In this document: piece after piece, positions 20,361 to 30,690 of the stretch | Layout: every line of letters starts with the position of its first letter | Numbering within the stretch: the stretch's first letter is position 1 | Source: Candidatus Latescibacterota bacterium | GTDB taxonomy: Bacteria; Latescibacterota; UBA2968; GCA-2709665 | Assembly (NCBI GenBank): GCA_965226795.1 | Contig: CBDDDZ010000005.1 | Location: forward strand, 1,344,001 to 1,408,000 | Reading direction: 5' to 3' | DNA length: 64,000 nt | Position numbers and translations under genes: made by a program | Notes under the pieces: model-generated | Seen by the model: the letters and a program-made list of their open reading frames with translations, nothing else | What the model was told of the DNA's origin: nothing | Database searches by the model: none

Positions 20361-20855
20361 TCAGGACTCAAGCGCCACTGTCGGTCTTGCAGGATGTTCG
20401 CGGTCTATTTTCTCCTGGATTTTCATCAGCGCGAACAACAGGTCTTCAGGCCGGGGCGGGCAGCCGGGCACGTAGATATCCACCGGCAAGAACTGATCGA
20501 CGCCCTGAACCAGCGTATACGTATTGAAAACGCCTCCGGACGATGCGCAGGCACCCATCGAAATCACCCACTTCGGATCCGGCATCTGATCGTAGATCTT
20601 CTTGAGAACCGGCATCATCTTGATCGAAATTCGACCTGATACAATGAGCAAGTCGGACTGCCGTGGCGAGAACCGCACAGCTTCCGCGCCGAAGCGAGCC
20701 ATGTCGAAGCGTCCGGAAAGCGTGGCCATCATTTCGATGGCGCAGCAAGCCGTGCCGAATGGCATTGGCCAGAGGGATGACTTGCGCGCCCAGTTAATCA
20801 TTTTGGACAGAGTGGTTGTGAAAACGTTATCGCCAAGGCCCGTCTCAAGTCCCAT
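20361..20855 (-). CDS. nuoB: NADH-quinone oxidoreductase subunit B paralogue inside the suf operon
   Basis: [46 protein letters not shown]. Confidence 0.92.
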   Translation of the reverse strand: MGLETGLGDNVFTTTLSKMINWARKSSLWPMPFGTACCAIEMMATLSGRFDMARFGAEAVRFSPRQSDLLIVSGRISIKMMPVLKKIYDQMPDPKWVISMGACASSGGVFNTYTLVQGVDQFLPVDIYVPGCPPRPEDLLFALMKIQEKIDREHPARPTVALES

Positions 20856-20961
20856 TGATCACCTCTGACAGAAGGGTTGGAAACGTCACGTGAGTTGTCC
20901 GTCGCCGGCGGAGAGTCCCCGACGAACCTTCGGGTTGGCACAACCCGCCCGCGGCGTTTTG

Positions 20962-21441
20962 CTAACCCGAAACCTGAATCAGCTCGTCCGTCACGTTCTG
21001 CAAACAGGCATCCATGGACTGTTCTTCTCCCAGCAGATCATTCAGTGTAACACGGCTCAGAATCTGGTCAATCATGGACTGTACCGAGGTCCACAGCGAA
21101 CGTATCGAACAGTCTACCGAGTGCGTACATAGTGCTTCCTGGCCGGCGTGTTCCTCGCAGAATTCTGGAGTGAACAGACGACCGCCGAGCGCGGACAGTA
21201 CGTCGCCAACCACAATCAGGTCAGCGGATTGCGCGAGTCTGTACCCTCCGGCCTGACCTCGAAGGCTTTCCACGTATCCCCCCAGCCGCAGAAGACGCAT
21301 CAGCTTGGCGACATTGGGGGCTGAGAGGCCTTCAATCTGGCTGATCTCAGATATGGAGAGGCTCCCGCCGGTTTCTTTCTGCCTCCGGCCTATCTGAAGC
21401 AGGCACCGCAGCCCGTATTCTTCCCCGGCGCTCAATTTCAT
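20962..21441 (-). CDS. Rrf2 family transcriptional regulator (IscR/SufR-like, three Cys in the C-terminal half)
   Basis: EEYGLRCL, V.S.RG..GGYRL, FC...C....C; start at MKLSAG. Confidence 0.9.
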   Translation of the reverse strand: MKLSAGEEYGLRCLLQIGRRQKETGGSLSISEISQIEGLSAPNVAKLMRLLRLGGYVESLRGQAGGYRLAQSADLIVVGDVLSALGGRLFTPEFCEEHAGQEALCTHSVDCSIRSLWTSVQSMIDQILSRVTLNDLLGEEQSMDACLQNVTDELIQVSG

Positions 21442-21575
21442 GGCTCTATAGCTTTCATGGATGGGTTGGAAGACCGATTTAATCCATAGGGCTCCACGGA
21501 TCCGGAAAGAACGCGTCGTCGGCCCCCGCGACCGCGACGTGTAGGGGGGGGGTGTGGCGCGGCTTCGGGAGCCGC

Positions 21576-22085
21576 CTAAAGCAGTCCGAGCTCCAGTCTT
21601 GCGGCTTCGGACATCATCTCCGGGTTCCACGGCGGATCGAAGGTCAGATCCAGGCTGACGTCTCGTACACCGGAAACCGATCGGGTGGCGCTTTCAACTT
21701 GCCCGGGCAAGATACCCGCGGCCGGACAGGCGGGGGAGGTCAGGGTCATCTGGAGGTAGGTCATCCCGGTGGGTTCGACCTTGATTTCGTAAATGAGGCC
21801 GATGTCGTAAATGTTGACCGGAATTTCCGGGTCGAAGACCGTGCGATGGGCCGCGATAATGTTCTCCCTGACGACTTCGGTGTCTATCGGATCGTCGGAC
21901 TCGGCCGCGGTCTCGCCCGCTTCGGCCATCTCTTGCTTTTCTTCCTGGCGTCTGGCGGTGTGCGCTTCCAGCGCGCTGGTGTCGACGGGATTCACCTCGT
22001 CTGCCGCGTTGGTATTCGACTCGTCGTTTGGTGGCGAATCGCCTTCTTCGTTCCTGTACAGTCGGTTCAGCAGTCGTTGGAGCAC
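21576..22085 (-). CDS. sufT: DUF59 Fe-S assembly protein (SufT-like)
   Basis: VFDPEIPVNIYDIGLIY, MTLTSPACP, DPPW..EMMSEAARLELG; GTG start after GGGAGA. Confidence 0.85.
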   Translation of the reverse strand: MLQRLLNRLYRNEEGDSPPNDESNTNAADEVNPVDTSALEAHTARRQEEKQEMAEAGETAAESDDPIDTEVVRENIIAAHRTVFDPEIPVNIYDIGLIYEIKVEPTGMTYLQMTLTSPACPAAGILPGQVESATRSVSGVRDVSLDLTFDPPWNPEMMSEAARLELGLL

Positions 22086-22108
22086 GATGGATTTCTCCCG
22101 ATGGAAGC

Positions 22109-22564
22109 CTACTCGGTGGTTACCGGCAATTCGCGGATTTCGAGTGCAGCCACGAGGGTGTGCCATGCCAGGGTTGCGCATTTGATGCGCACCGGAAACT
22201 CTCTCACGCCTGCAAAAACTGCCAGTTTGCCGATACCGTCGGTGACGGGTTCGTTCGAAACGTCGCTGGTGACCAGGTCGCGGAACTTTCCGAAGAGCGA
22301 TTGGGCTTCCTGAAGGGTCCGTCCCTTGACCGCGTCGGTCATCAGAGACGCCGACGCTTTGAAGATGGCACATCCGGCACCCTGAAACGCGATATCTTCA
22401 ATGTGGTCGCCGTCGAGTTTGACGAAGAGGTTCAAATGATCGCCACACAACGGGTTGTACCCTGCGGACGTTCGATCCGCGCCGGTCATGGACCGGTAGT
22501 TGCGCGGACTCCGGTTGTGGTCCAGAATGACTTGTTGGTAGAGTTCACGGAGATCGGACATCAT
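22109..22564 (-). CDS. sufU: SUF system NifU-family sulfur transfer/scaffold protein
   Basis: LYQQVILDH, NPLCGD, GCAI..ASAS, RIKCATLAWH. Confidence 0.95.
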   Translation of the reverse strand: MMSDLRELYQQVILDHNRSPRNYRSMTGADRTSAGYNPLCGDHLNLFVKLDGDHIEDIAFQGAGCAIFKASASLMTDAVKGRTLQEAQSLFGKFRDLVTSDVSNEPVTDGIGKLAVFAGVREFPVRIKCATLAWHTLVAALEIRELPVTTE

Positions 22565-23841
22565 CGGAAGACCTCATTGGTCGTGTGCAACGCCCGTACA
22601 AGCGTGTCGATGTCTTCCCGCGTATTGTAAAACGCAGTCGCCGCCCGGGTCGTCGCCGAAATGTTGAAGTGCCGCATGACAGGTTGGGCGCAATGGTGTC
22701 CAGCACGTACTGCCACGCCTTGCTGATCGACGATGGTGCCGACGTCATGGGGGTGTACACCGTCCATAACGAAGGAGACGACGCTGATTTTCTCTTCAGC
22801 TGTTCCAATGATTCTCAACCCTGGTATCTCGGAAAGGGCGTCCGTCGCATAGGCCAGCAGGTCGTTCTCGTAAGCCGCGGCCGCTTCCAGGTCGATCCGG
22901 TTCAAATAGTCGATGGCAGCGCCCAGGCCGATACAACCGGCAATATGGGGTGTGCCGGCCTCGAAGCGGGCGGGTGGATCGGCATAGGTAGTTTTTTCGA
23001 GCGAAACTTCACGAATCATGCCGCCCCCGCCCTTGTAGGGCGGCATCGATTCAAGCAGTTCACTTCTCCCGTAAAGAACCCCGATGCCGGTCGGACCGTA
23101 TAGCTTGTGCCCCGAAAAGGCGTAGAAGTCGCATCCGAGCGCCTGTACGTCCACTTTGAAATGGGGGACCGCCTGTGCCCCATCCAGGAGAACGGGGATA
23201 CCGCGATCATGTGCCAGTTCCACGATTTCGGCGACCGGATTGAGGGTGCCAAGGACGTTCGACACGTGTACGACAGCCACAAGTTTCGTACGCTCATTCA
23301 GCCGTCTTTCAACCTCGTCGATCTGGAAATCGCCCCGGTCACAAATGGGTATAACCCGCAATCGTGCACCTTTTTCCTCGCAGAGCATCTGCCACGGAAC
23401 GATGTTTGAGTGGTGTTCCATGGTGGAAACGAGGATTTCGTCGCCGGCTTCCACGCATTTGCGTCCAAATGTCTGGGCGACCAGATTGATGCTGTCCGTC
23501 GTGCCGCTGGTGAAGATGATTTCCCGGTCGTGGGCCGCGTTCAGAAACTGGCGGACCTTGCTGCGTGCCCCTTCGTAGGAATCCGTTGCAAGCTGGCTGA
23601 GAAGATGAACCCCGCGATGTACGTTGGCATTGGCCGTTTCGTAAAAGACTTCAAGGACGTCCAGTACGTCCCTGGGCTTCTGGGTTGTCGCGGCGTTGTC
23701 GAGGTAGACCAGCGGATGGCCCCGAATGGATTGGCCTAGAACCGGAAAATCCCGACGGATACGGTAAGGATCGAAAGGCCCCGCGCGTTCGATGAGCGGG
23801 CAGGCAAGCCGTTCGGCCAGGGTATGTGCTGTTAGGCTCAT
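22561..23841 (-). CDS. sufS: Cysteine desulfurase SufS
   Basis: YLDNAATTQKP, SGHKLYGPTG, FEAGTP, RAGHHCAQP; start at MSLTAH overlapping the sufD stop. Confidence 0.96.
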   Translation of the reverse strand: MSLTAHTLAERLACPLIERAGPFDPYRIRRDFPVLGQSIRGHPLVYLDNAATTQKPRDVLDVLEVFYETANANVHRGVHLLSQLATDSYEGARSKVRQFLNAAHDREIIFTSGTTDSINLVAQTFGRKCVEAGDEILVSTMEHHSNIVPWQMLCEEKGARLRVIPICDRGDFQIDEVERRLNERTKLVAVVHVSNVLGTLNPVAEIVELAHDRGIPVLLDGAQAVPHFKVDVQALGCDFYAFSGHKLYGPTGIGVLYGRSELLESMPPYKGGGGMIREVSLEKTTYADPPARFEAGTPHIAGCIGLGAAIDYLNRIDLEAAAAYENDLLAYATDALSEIPGLRIIGTAEEKISVVSFVMDGVHPHDVGTIVDQQGVAVRAGHHCAQPVMRHFNISATTRAATAFYNTREDIDTLVRALHTTNEVFR

Positions 23842-25163
23842 GGCATGTTTCCGGCGTTTTGCGCCTGTTCGAATCTGTCCATTACAATACGTTCGAGATA
23901 GTCCCGAACGGAATCGGGTTTGATTCTGTTCAGGATGTCGACCGCGAATGCATGTACAAGGATGCGCTGTGCGGTTGCGTGACTCAACCCGCGAGAGCGC
24001 AGGTAAAAGACCGCGTTCTGATCGAGTTGCCCAATTGTTGCGCCGTGGGAGCACTTGACCTGATCGGCGTAGATTTCGAGTTGGGGTTTGGTATTGATAC
24101 CGGCGCCGTCCGAAATGAGCAGGCTCTGGTTGCTCTGATAGGCGTCGGTCTCCTGGGCTTTCCGGTGGACGTGAATCTTGCCGCGAAAGACGCCGCTGGA
24201 CCTGCCCCCGAGAATTCCCTTGTAGAGTTCGTGGCTGCTGCAATTCGGCTCGGCGTGTTCGATCAGGGTATGGTTGTCGATATGCTGCTCGTTGTCGGTC
24301 AGATAGAAGCCGTTGACCGTGGCTTCACCGGCTTCACCGGCCAGCAACACGTTGACTTCGTTGCGCACCAGTTTGCCGCCCAGAGAAATGGCGTGCGTGG
24401 ACAGATTGCTCCCGGCACCCAAACGGCTTTGCATCGTGGCGATATGAAACGCCTCGGGGCTCTCCAGTTCCAGCTTGTAGTGATCCACCACCGTACGGTC
24501 GTCGGCGATGACTTCGGTCACCGCGTTTGAGAAATAGGCGCCGCCGCCGGTATAGGTTTCGACTACCGTGGCCTGGCTGTCTTCTTCAGCCAGGACAAGC
24601 GTGCGGGGGTGTGAAATGGAAGGACCGCCTGAAGGGATTGAAATAAACAAGATGTGAATGGGAGATTCGACAGCCGTGCCCCGTGGGATATATACACAGG
24701 CACCATCCTGCAGAAATGCGGTGTTGAGCGCGACGAAGGCGTGCTCTTCGTACGCCGCGTGTCGCGCGATATGGGTTTCCACCCATTCGGGTTCGGAGGC
24801 CATCAATTCGGACAGACTGCACACCCGCACGCCGTGTGGGAGGTTCCCCGTGCGGGAATATTCGGCACTGTAGAAGCCGTTGACGAAAACCAGGCGCGTG
24901 GCTGCCAGTTCCTGGATGGCATCTTCCGTTTTCCAGACCCGACGTACATCTGCCGCCGTTGTTGTGCGAAACGATGTACGGACAAGCGGTGCAACATTTG
25001 TGTGAAACCACGCTTCGTCCCTCGTCCCCGGAAACCCGAGTTCCGCGAATCGTCCGATTGCAGACTTGCGGAGTGCGTGCAACGGCGTGGCGGACCGTCC
25101 GTTCAGGCTCTCTTCAAAGATGGCAAATGCGGAAAGATAGGCGTGTGTGCCTTTGTTCACCAT
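23838..25163 (-). CDS. sufD: Fe-S cluster assembly protein SufD
   Basis: KPQLEIYADQVKCSHGATIGQLD, FYLRSRG; start at MVNKG after AAGGAGG. Confidence 0.95.
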   Translation of the reverse strand: MVNKGTHAYLSAFAIFEESLNGRSATPLHALRKSAIGRFAELGFPGTRDEAWFHTNVAPLVRTSFRTTTAADVRRVWKTEDAIQELAATRLVFVNGFYSAEYSRTGNLPHGVRVCSLSELMASEPEWVETHIARHAAYEEHAFVALNTAFLQDGACVYIPRGTAVESPIHILFISIPSGGPSISHPRTLVLAEEDSQATVVETYTGGGAYFSNAVTEVIADDRTVVDHYKLELESPEAFHIATMQSRLGAGSNLSTHAISLGGKLVRNEVNVLLAGEAGEATVNGFYLTDNEQHIDNHTLIEHAEPNCSSHELYKGILGGRSSGVFRGKIHVHRKAQETDAYQSNQSLLISDGAGINTKPQLEIYADQVKCSHGATIGQLDQNAVFYLRSRGLSHATAQRILVHAFAVDILNRIKPDSVRDYLERIVMDRFEQAQNAGNMP

Positions 25164-25179
25164 GGTGCGACAACCTCCT

Positions 25180-25953
25180 TTAAGCACGGGCGAATCTGGC
25201 TGTAGACTCTTCGCGAATCCAATCGTAGCCTTCCGCTTCCAGCTTCTGGGCGAGTTCAATTCCACCGGATTTGACAATCCGGCCCTTGAGAAGAACATGC
25301 ACGGCGTCCGGCACGATGTAGTCTAGCAGCCGCTGGTAGTGGGTGACCACAAGAACCGCGCTCCCGGGGTTTTTCTGGTGAAGCGTGTTCACACCGTTGG
25401 CCACGATCTTCAGGGCGTCGATATCCAAGCCGGAGTCCGTTTCGTCCATAATGGCCAGCCTGGGTTCGAGCATTGCCATCTGGAATATTTCATTTCGTTT
25501 TTTTTCGCCGCCGGAAAAGCCTTCGTTGACCGCCCGATTGAGAAAAGTCGGGTCCATTTCCACTAGTTTGAGCTTTTCCTTGGAAAGAGCGAGAAAGTCC
25601 ATCGCATCGAGTGTACCCTGTCCGCGTACTTTTCGAAGTTCATTGAGCGCAGTCCGGAGAAAATAGGCGCTATTGACGCCGGGAATTTCCACCGGGTACT
25701 GAAAAGCCATGAAAACGCCGGCCTGGGCGCGTTCTTCCGGGTTCAACTCCAACAGGTCTTCGCCTTCGTAGAGAATCTCGCCCCGCGTCACTTCGTATTC
25801 TTCCCGACCGGCCAATACCTGGGCAAGGGTGCTTTTTCCGGATCCATTGGGACCCATAATAGCGTGGATTTCGCCAGCGTTGATTTTCAGGTCGATGCCG
25901 GAAAGGATGCCGGTTCCGTCGACGCTTGCGTGGAGGTCGTTGATTTCGAGCAT
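25180..25953 (-). CDS. sufC: Fe-S cluster assembly ATPase SufC
   Basis: [45 protein letters not shown]. Confidence 0.97.
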   Translation of the reverse strand: MLEINDLHASVDGTGILSGIDLKINAGEIHAIMGPNGSGKSTLAQVLAGREEYEVTRGEILYEGEDLLELNPEERAQAGVFMAFQYPVEIPGVNSAYFLRTALNELRKVRGQGTLDAMDFLALSKEKLKLVEMDPTFLNRAVNEGFSGGEKKRNEIFQMAMLEPRLAIMDETDSGLDIDALKIVANGVNTLHQKNPGSAVLVVTHYQRLLDYIVPDAVHVLLKGRIVKSGGIELAQKLEAEGYDWIREESTARFARA

Positions 25954-26091
25954 GTGTGTTCCTTTTTGTAAACTGCCCTTGTTGCAGCCGTGAGGCGCTG
26001 CCTGACGGGGCGTTTTCTTAGGCCTTCAGCGACGCCTTCGATGGGTTTGCAGATCCTCTCTACGTCGCCTGGGCGCGTTTCCCCTTGCGCT

Positions 26092-27558
26092 TTATCCCAC
26101 GCTGCCTTCCAGGCTGATGCCAAGCAACTTCTGCGCTTCGACGGCGAATTCCATAGGGAGTTCGGCCAGCACTTCCCTGCAGAAGCCGTTGACGATCATG
26201 GAGACGGCGTCTTCGGTGGAGATGCCGCGCTGGTTGCAGTAGAAAATTTGATCTTCACCGATTTTTGACGTGGAGGCTTCGTGCTCTACCTGAGAAGATG
26301 TGTTTCTCACGTCGATGTACGGGAAGGTGTGAGCCCCGCAACGGTCGCCGATGAGCATGGAGTCGCATTGGGTGAAGTTTCGGGCGTTCGTTGCGCCTTT
26401 TAGAACCTGAACCCGGCCCCGATAGGTATTCTGACCGTTCTTGGCGGAGATGCCTTTCGAAATGATGGTGCTGCGCGTGTTCTTACCCAGATGTATCATT
26501 TTCGTGCCTGTATCGGCCTGTTGGCGCCCGCTGGTTACGGCCACGGAGTAGAATTCGCCGATGGAGTTGTCGCCTTGGAGAATGCAACTGGGATACTTCC
26601 AGGTGATGGCAGATCCGGTTTCAACCTGGGTCCAGGAGATTTTGGCGTTGGCGCCTCGGCAGGCCCCGCGTTTGGTGACAAAGTTGTAGATCCCGCCAAC
26701 ACCGTTTTCGTCTCCCGGATACCAGTTTTGAACGGTCGAGTATTTGATCTGCGCATTGTCGAGGGCAACCAGTTCCACGACGGCGGCATGGAGCTGATTC
26801 TCGTCCCTCTTGGGGGCCGTGCAACCTTCGAGATACGATACGTACGCCCCGTCTTCGGCGACGATCAGCGTCCTCTCGAACTGGCCTGTATTGGCTGCGT
26901 TGATGCGGAAGTACGTGGACAGTTCCATGGGGCACCGCACACCCCGGGGGATGTAGCAGAAGGAGCCGTCCGTAAAGACCGCGGAGTTGAGAGCGGCGAA
27001 GAAATTGTCATTGTAGGGCACGACCGAACCGAGGTATTTCTTCACCAGGTCGGGGTGTTCCTGTACGGCTTCCGAGAACGAGCAGAAAATGATGCCCAGG
27101 TCAGCCAGCTTGTCCTTAAACGTCGTTGCCACGGAAACGCTGTCGAAAACGGCGTCGACCGCCACGCCGGCAAGTATCTTCTGCTCTAAGAGAGGGATGC
27201 CCAATTTCTCATACGTACTCAGGATTTCAGGGTCAACCTCGTCGAGGCTCTGGAGCGAGTCCTGTTTTTTGGGTGCGGAGTAATAGATGATTTTCTGATA
27301 GTCAATGTCCGGATAGTCGACCATGGCCCACTGGCGGCTTCGTTTGCGGCGGGTCGGATCGTCCATTTTGAGCCAGTTGCGATAGGCCTTGAGGCGCCAC
27401 TGCAACAGCCAGTCGGGTTCGCTTTTCTTCTCGGAAATAAACGCGATAATATCTTCATTCAGACCAGGGGGCGCTTCGTCCGTCTCGATATCGGTTATGA
27501 ACCCGTATTTATACTCTCCGGTTGCCAGTTCTTCAATTTCCTGCAATTGTTCGCTCAT
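26092..27558 (-). CDS. sufB: Fe-S cluster assembly protein SufB
   Basis: [49 protein letters not shown]. Confidence 0.97.
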   Translation of the reverse strand: MSEQLQEIEELATGEYKYGFITDIETDEAPPGLNEDIIAFISEKKSEPDWLLQWRLKAYRNWLKMDDPTRRKRSRQWAMVDYPDIDYQKIIYYSAPKKQDSLQSLDEVDPEILSTYEKLGIPLLEQKILAGVAVDAVFDSVSVATTFKDKLADLGIIFCSFSEAVQEHPDLVKKYLGSVVPYNDNFFAALNSAVFTDGSFCYIPRGVRCPMELSTYFRINAANTGQFERTLIVAEDGAYVSYLEGCTAPKRDENQLHAAVVELVALDNAQIKYSTVQNWYPGDENGVGGIYNFVTKRGACRGANAKISWTQVETGSAITWKYPSCILQGDNSIGEFYSVAVTSGRQQADTGTKMIHLGKNTRSTIISKGISAKNGQNTYRGRVQVLKGATNARNFTQCDSMLIGDRCGAHTFPYIDVRNTSSQVEHEASTSKIGEDQIFYCNQRGISTEDAVSMIVNGFCREVLAELPMEFAVEAQKLLGISLEGSVG

Positions 27559-27643
27559 CGGGCGCTCCATATATCGCATGAAAGGGCATTGGTTTTGTTG
27601 TTGTCTGTGCGACGCGACGATAACGTTTCCTGAATTCAAGCTT

Positions 27644-27700
27644 AACATACCCAATCCGTAACCACGTGTCAAGATTAAAAATGTACTAAAAAGTCAAGTT
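27644..27700 (-). promoter_or_regulatory. suf promoter with an upstream Rrf2/IscR-like operator candidate
   Basis: TTGACA (27672-27667)-17 nt-TATGTT; immediately upstream is ACTTGACTTTTTAGTACATTTT, resembling IscR-type TTGAC-N-AGT sites. Confidence 0.55.
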
Positions 27701-27767
27701 TGGCGGATCCGGTATCACGAGGGTTCGGCTCTGCCGGGGGAATGAATGCACGAGAGGTGCTTTTCTC

Positions 27768-27797
27768 TTGACAGATGCGCCAGGATTTCGCTAAATT
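27768..27797 (+). promoter_or_regulatory. Candidate nuo operon promoter
   Basis: TTGACA-18 nt-TAAATT, 100 nt before nuoA. Confidence 0.5.
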
Positions 27798-27896
27798 ATC
27801 GCCGTCCGTTCGGAAAGCAGATAACGACGGATTGAAGGACTGCCCAACATGTGAGTGCCTTTTCATAAGCGTTGCTCATCGGGAGGTTCCGATACG

Positions 27897-28316
27897 ATGC
27901 TGGATCAATATGCCAATGTTCTGATATTCCTGGGGATCGGCGCTCTCTTCGTGGTGGTCAATCTGTTCGTTGGCAGTCTGATTCGGCCCCGGAATCCCAG
28001 CGCCGAGAAACTGAGTACATACGAGTGCGGTGAAGAACCCGTGGGCGGATCCTGGATTCAATTCAACATTCGGTTCTATGTGATAGCCCTGGATTTCATC
28101 ATCTTCGACGTGGAAGTAGTATTACTGTATCCGTGGGCGGTGGTCGCCAACGACTTCGGCTGGTATGGCTTCGGCGTCATGTCGATTTTCGTCATGGTGC
28201 TTCTGCTTGGCTTGGCGTATGCCTGGCGGAAGGGCGCCCTCGAATGGGTGCGTCCCAAGCTCTCGGAGCGGCAGGTGCCCGTGCCCGCTCCCGCCACCAG
28301 GACACGTGTTGCCTGA
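27897..28316 (+). CDS. nuoA: NADH-quinone oxidoreductase subunit A
   Basis: KLSTYECGEEP, FYVIAL.FIIFDVE, LYPWA, WRKGALEW; start MLDQY after GGAGG. Confidence 0.95.
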   Translation: MLDQYANVLIFLGIGALFVVVNLFVGSLIRPRNPSAEKLSTYECGEEPVGGSWIQFNIRFYVIALDFIIFDVEVVLLYPWAVVANDFGWYGFGVMSIFVMVLLLGLAYAWRKGALEWVRPKLSERQVPVPAPATRTRVA

Positions 28317-28465
28317 TCCGCCCGCAGTATCCGGTCACGCGGCAGGCGCGTGGTGTGGTAATGAATCGCGCCCCGCTCGTTCTGCTTACATGGTTTCAAT
28401 TCGCAGCCCTTCACGGTGTACGAATTCAATAGTCCGGTCGGACGCTTAAGGAGGAATGCCCGTCC

Positions 28466-28951
28466 ATGGGAAAGCTCACGGGTCGTTTCCAGGATAACGT
28501 CATTGTGACGTCGGTCGATTATTTCGTCAATTGGGCGCGGCTGTCCTCACTCTGGCCGATGACGTTCGGATTGGCGTGTTGCGCCATAGAAATGATGGCC
28601 ACGGGGGCATCGCGGTACGATTGGTCGCGGTTGGGCATGGTCCCGCGCGCTACGCCCCGTCAGTCCGATCTGATGATTGTGGCTGGCACGGTTACCCTGA
28701 AAATGGCCACCCGCGTGAAGAAATTGTACGACCAGATGGCTGAGCCCAGGTACGTGATGTCCATGGGCTGCTGCGCCACGTCCGGCGGCCCGTACTGGCA
28801 GCACGGATACCATGTATTGAAGGGTGTCGACCGGGTTGTACCGGTTGATGTGTATGTCCCGGGCTGCCCTCCGAGACCGGAGGCCTTGCTGGAGGGCGTA
28901 CTGAAGCTGCAGGACAAGATCCGCATCGATTCCATCGCGAAAGTGAGTTGA
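28466..28951 (+). CDS. nuoB: NADH-quinone oxidoreductase subunit B
   Basis: [34 protein letters not shown]. Confidence 0.96.
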   Translation: MGKLTGRFQDNVIVTSVDYFVNWARLSSLWPMTFGLACCAIEMMATGASRYDWSRLGMVPRATPRQSDLMIVAGTVTLKMATRVKKLYDQMAEPRYVMSMGCCATSGGPYWQHGYHVLKGVDRVVPVDVYVPGCPPRPEALLEGVLKLQDKIRIDSIAKVS

Positions 28952-28995
28952 GCAGCACCGACAGACTTGCGCCGGACCGGGTGTGGGGGTGATCA

Positions 28996-29466
28996 ATGAC
29001 GCCGCAGGAGATTTACGACCGGATGAAGGAGAAGTTCGCCGACCGTGTTCTGGATCTGACCGAAAATGTGGATCCGTTCATTCGTGTACGGTCCGACGCA
29101 ATTGCGGAAATCGGACTGTATCTGCGGGACGACGAAGCGATGCGGTTCGAGTCGCTGATGTGTCTGAGCGGAGTGGATTATCCGGAACACCTTACGCTGG
29201 TCTATCACCTGTTCTCAACGTCCCACCGTCACAAGATAACGCTTAAGGCGGAAGTGGGAAGAGACGATCCCCATGTGCCAACGGTGGAGGGTATATGGCG
29301 GGTGGCGAACTGGCACGAACGCGAGACGTACGATATGTTCGGAATTGTCTTCGACGGGCACAGCGATCTGCGGCGGATTCTGTGTCCCGACGACTGGGAA
29401 GGGTGGCCCCTTCGCAAGGATTACCAGGTTCAGGAATATTACCGCGGCATCAAGGTTGAGGTATAA
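28996..29466 (+). CDS. nuoC: NADH-quinone oxidoreductase subunit C
   Basis: LSGVDY, ANWHERETYDMFGI.F.GH..LRRIL, PLRKDY. Confidence 0.95.
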   Translation: MTPQEIYDRMKEKFADRVLDLTENVDPFIRVRSDAIAEIGLYLRDDEAMRFESLMCLSGVDYPEHLTLVYHLFSTSHRHKITLKAEVGRDDPHVPTVEGIWRVANWHERETYDMFGIVFDGHSDLRRILCPDDWEGWPLRKDYQVQEYYRGIKVEV

Positions 29467-29469
29467 ATT

Positions 29470-30669
29470 ATGGCAGAGATTCCACGGGGGGCGGCAGAGG
29501 TGACGGTGGAGCGGCCGGGACTGCCGTCGGCAGCGGATGTGGGGGGCGATAATCTAAACAGCGAGTTGATGACAATCAATATGGGACCCCAGCATCCTAG
29601 TACGCACGGGGTGCTGCGTTTGGAGATCAGGACAGACGGAGAGATTGTTGAGGAGGCAAAACCCCATATCGGTTATCTGCATCGGTGTTTCGAAAAACAC
29701 GCCGAGAATCTGCCGTATCCGCAGGTGATCCCGTTCACGGATCGGATGGATTACCTGGCGGCGATGAACAACAATATGGGGTATGTTCTGGCCGTTGAGA
29801 AGCTTCTTGGACTCGGGGTTCCGGAGCGCGTGGAATACATCCGGGTCATCATGTGTGAGTTGAACCGGATTGCCAGTCACCTGGTTTCTTTCGGGACCTA
29901 TGGCATGGATATCGGGGCGTTTACGCCCTTTTTGTTTGCCTTCCGGGAACGGGAGGATATTTTCGACCTGTTTGAAATGACGTGCGGGGCCCGGATGTTA
30001 TACAATTACATCTGGGTGGGTGGCGTCTCCCACGATCTGCCGCCGGGATTCTTAGAGCGCTGCCGGCATTTCCTGGCAGCGTTCGACGGCAAATTGAAAG
30101 AGTACAACGACCTGCTGACGTACAATAAGATCTTTGTTGAGCGCACCGCCAACGTCGGGGTTCTGTCGCGGGAGTCGGCCTACAGTCACAACATTACCGG
30201 CCCGAATCTACGGGGTTGTGGGGTGAAATGGGACCTGCGACGGAATGAACCCTACTCAATTTACGACCGGTTCGAGTTCGACGTGCCCATCGGCAAGGGA
30301 GAGATGGGGACCCTGGGGGATTGCTGGGATCGTTACATGGTGCGGATTCGCGAGATGAAGGAAAGCGCCAGGATCGTGTCTCAGGCGCTCGATCAACTGC
30401 CCGACGGGGGAGACGTACAGGCAGCGGTCCCCAGAAACGTGCGGCCTCCCAAAGACGCGGAGTGTTATGTTCGCAGCGAAAATCCCCGGGGCGAACTGGG
30501 GGTATACCTGATCAGCGACGGATCCAACGTCCCGTACCGAGTGCGGGTGAAGTCGCCCTGTTTCACGGTTATGAGTGTTTTTGACGAACTCGCCAGGGGT
30601 CATTATTTGGCCGATATCATTGCCATTATCGGAAGCATCGATATCGTACTGGGCGAGATCGACCGCTAG
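29470..30669 (+). CDS. nuoD: NADH-quinone oxidoreductase subunit D
   Basis: NMGPQHPSTHGVLRL, GYLHR..EK, DRMDY, ENPRGELG, DIVLGEIDR; no NiFe CxxC motifs. Confidence 0.96.
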   Translation: MAEIPRGAAEVTVERPGLPSAADVGGDNLNSELMTINMGPQHPSTHGVLRLEIRTDGEIVEEAKPHIGYLHRCFEKHAENLPYPQVIPFTDRMDYLAAMNNNMGYVLAVEKLLGLGVPERVEYIRVIMCELNRIASHLVSFGTYGMDIGAFTPFLFAFREREDIFDLFEMTCGARMLYNYIWVGGVSHDLPPGFLERCRHFLAAFDGKLKEYNDLLTYNKIFVERTANVGVLSRESAYSHNITGPNLRGCGVKWDLRRNEPYSIYDRFEFDVPIGKGEMGTLGDCWDRYMVRIREMKESARIVSQALDQLPDGGDVQAAVPRNVRPPKDAECYVRSENPRGELGVYLISDGSNVPYRVRVKSPCFTVMSVFDELARGHYLADIIAIIGSIDIVLGEIDR

Positions 30670-30690
30670 GCTACGTCTGAGGAGTGCCCT

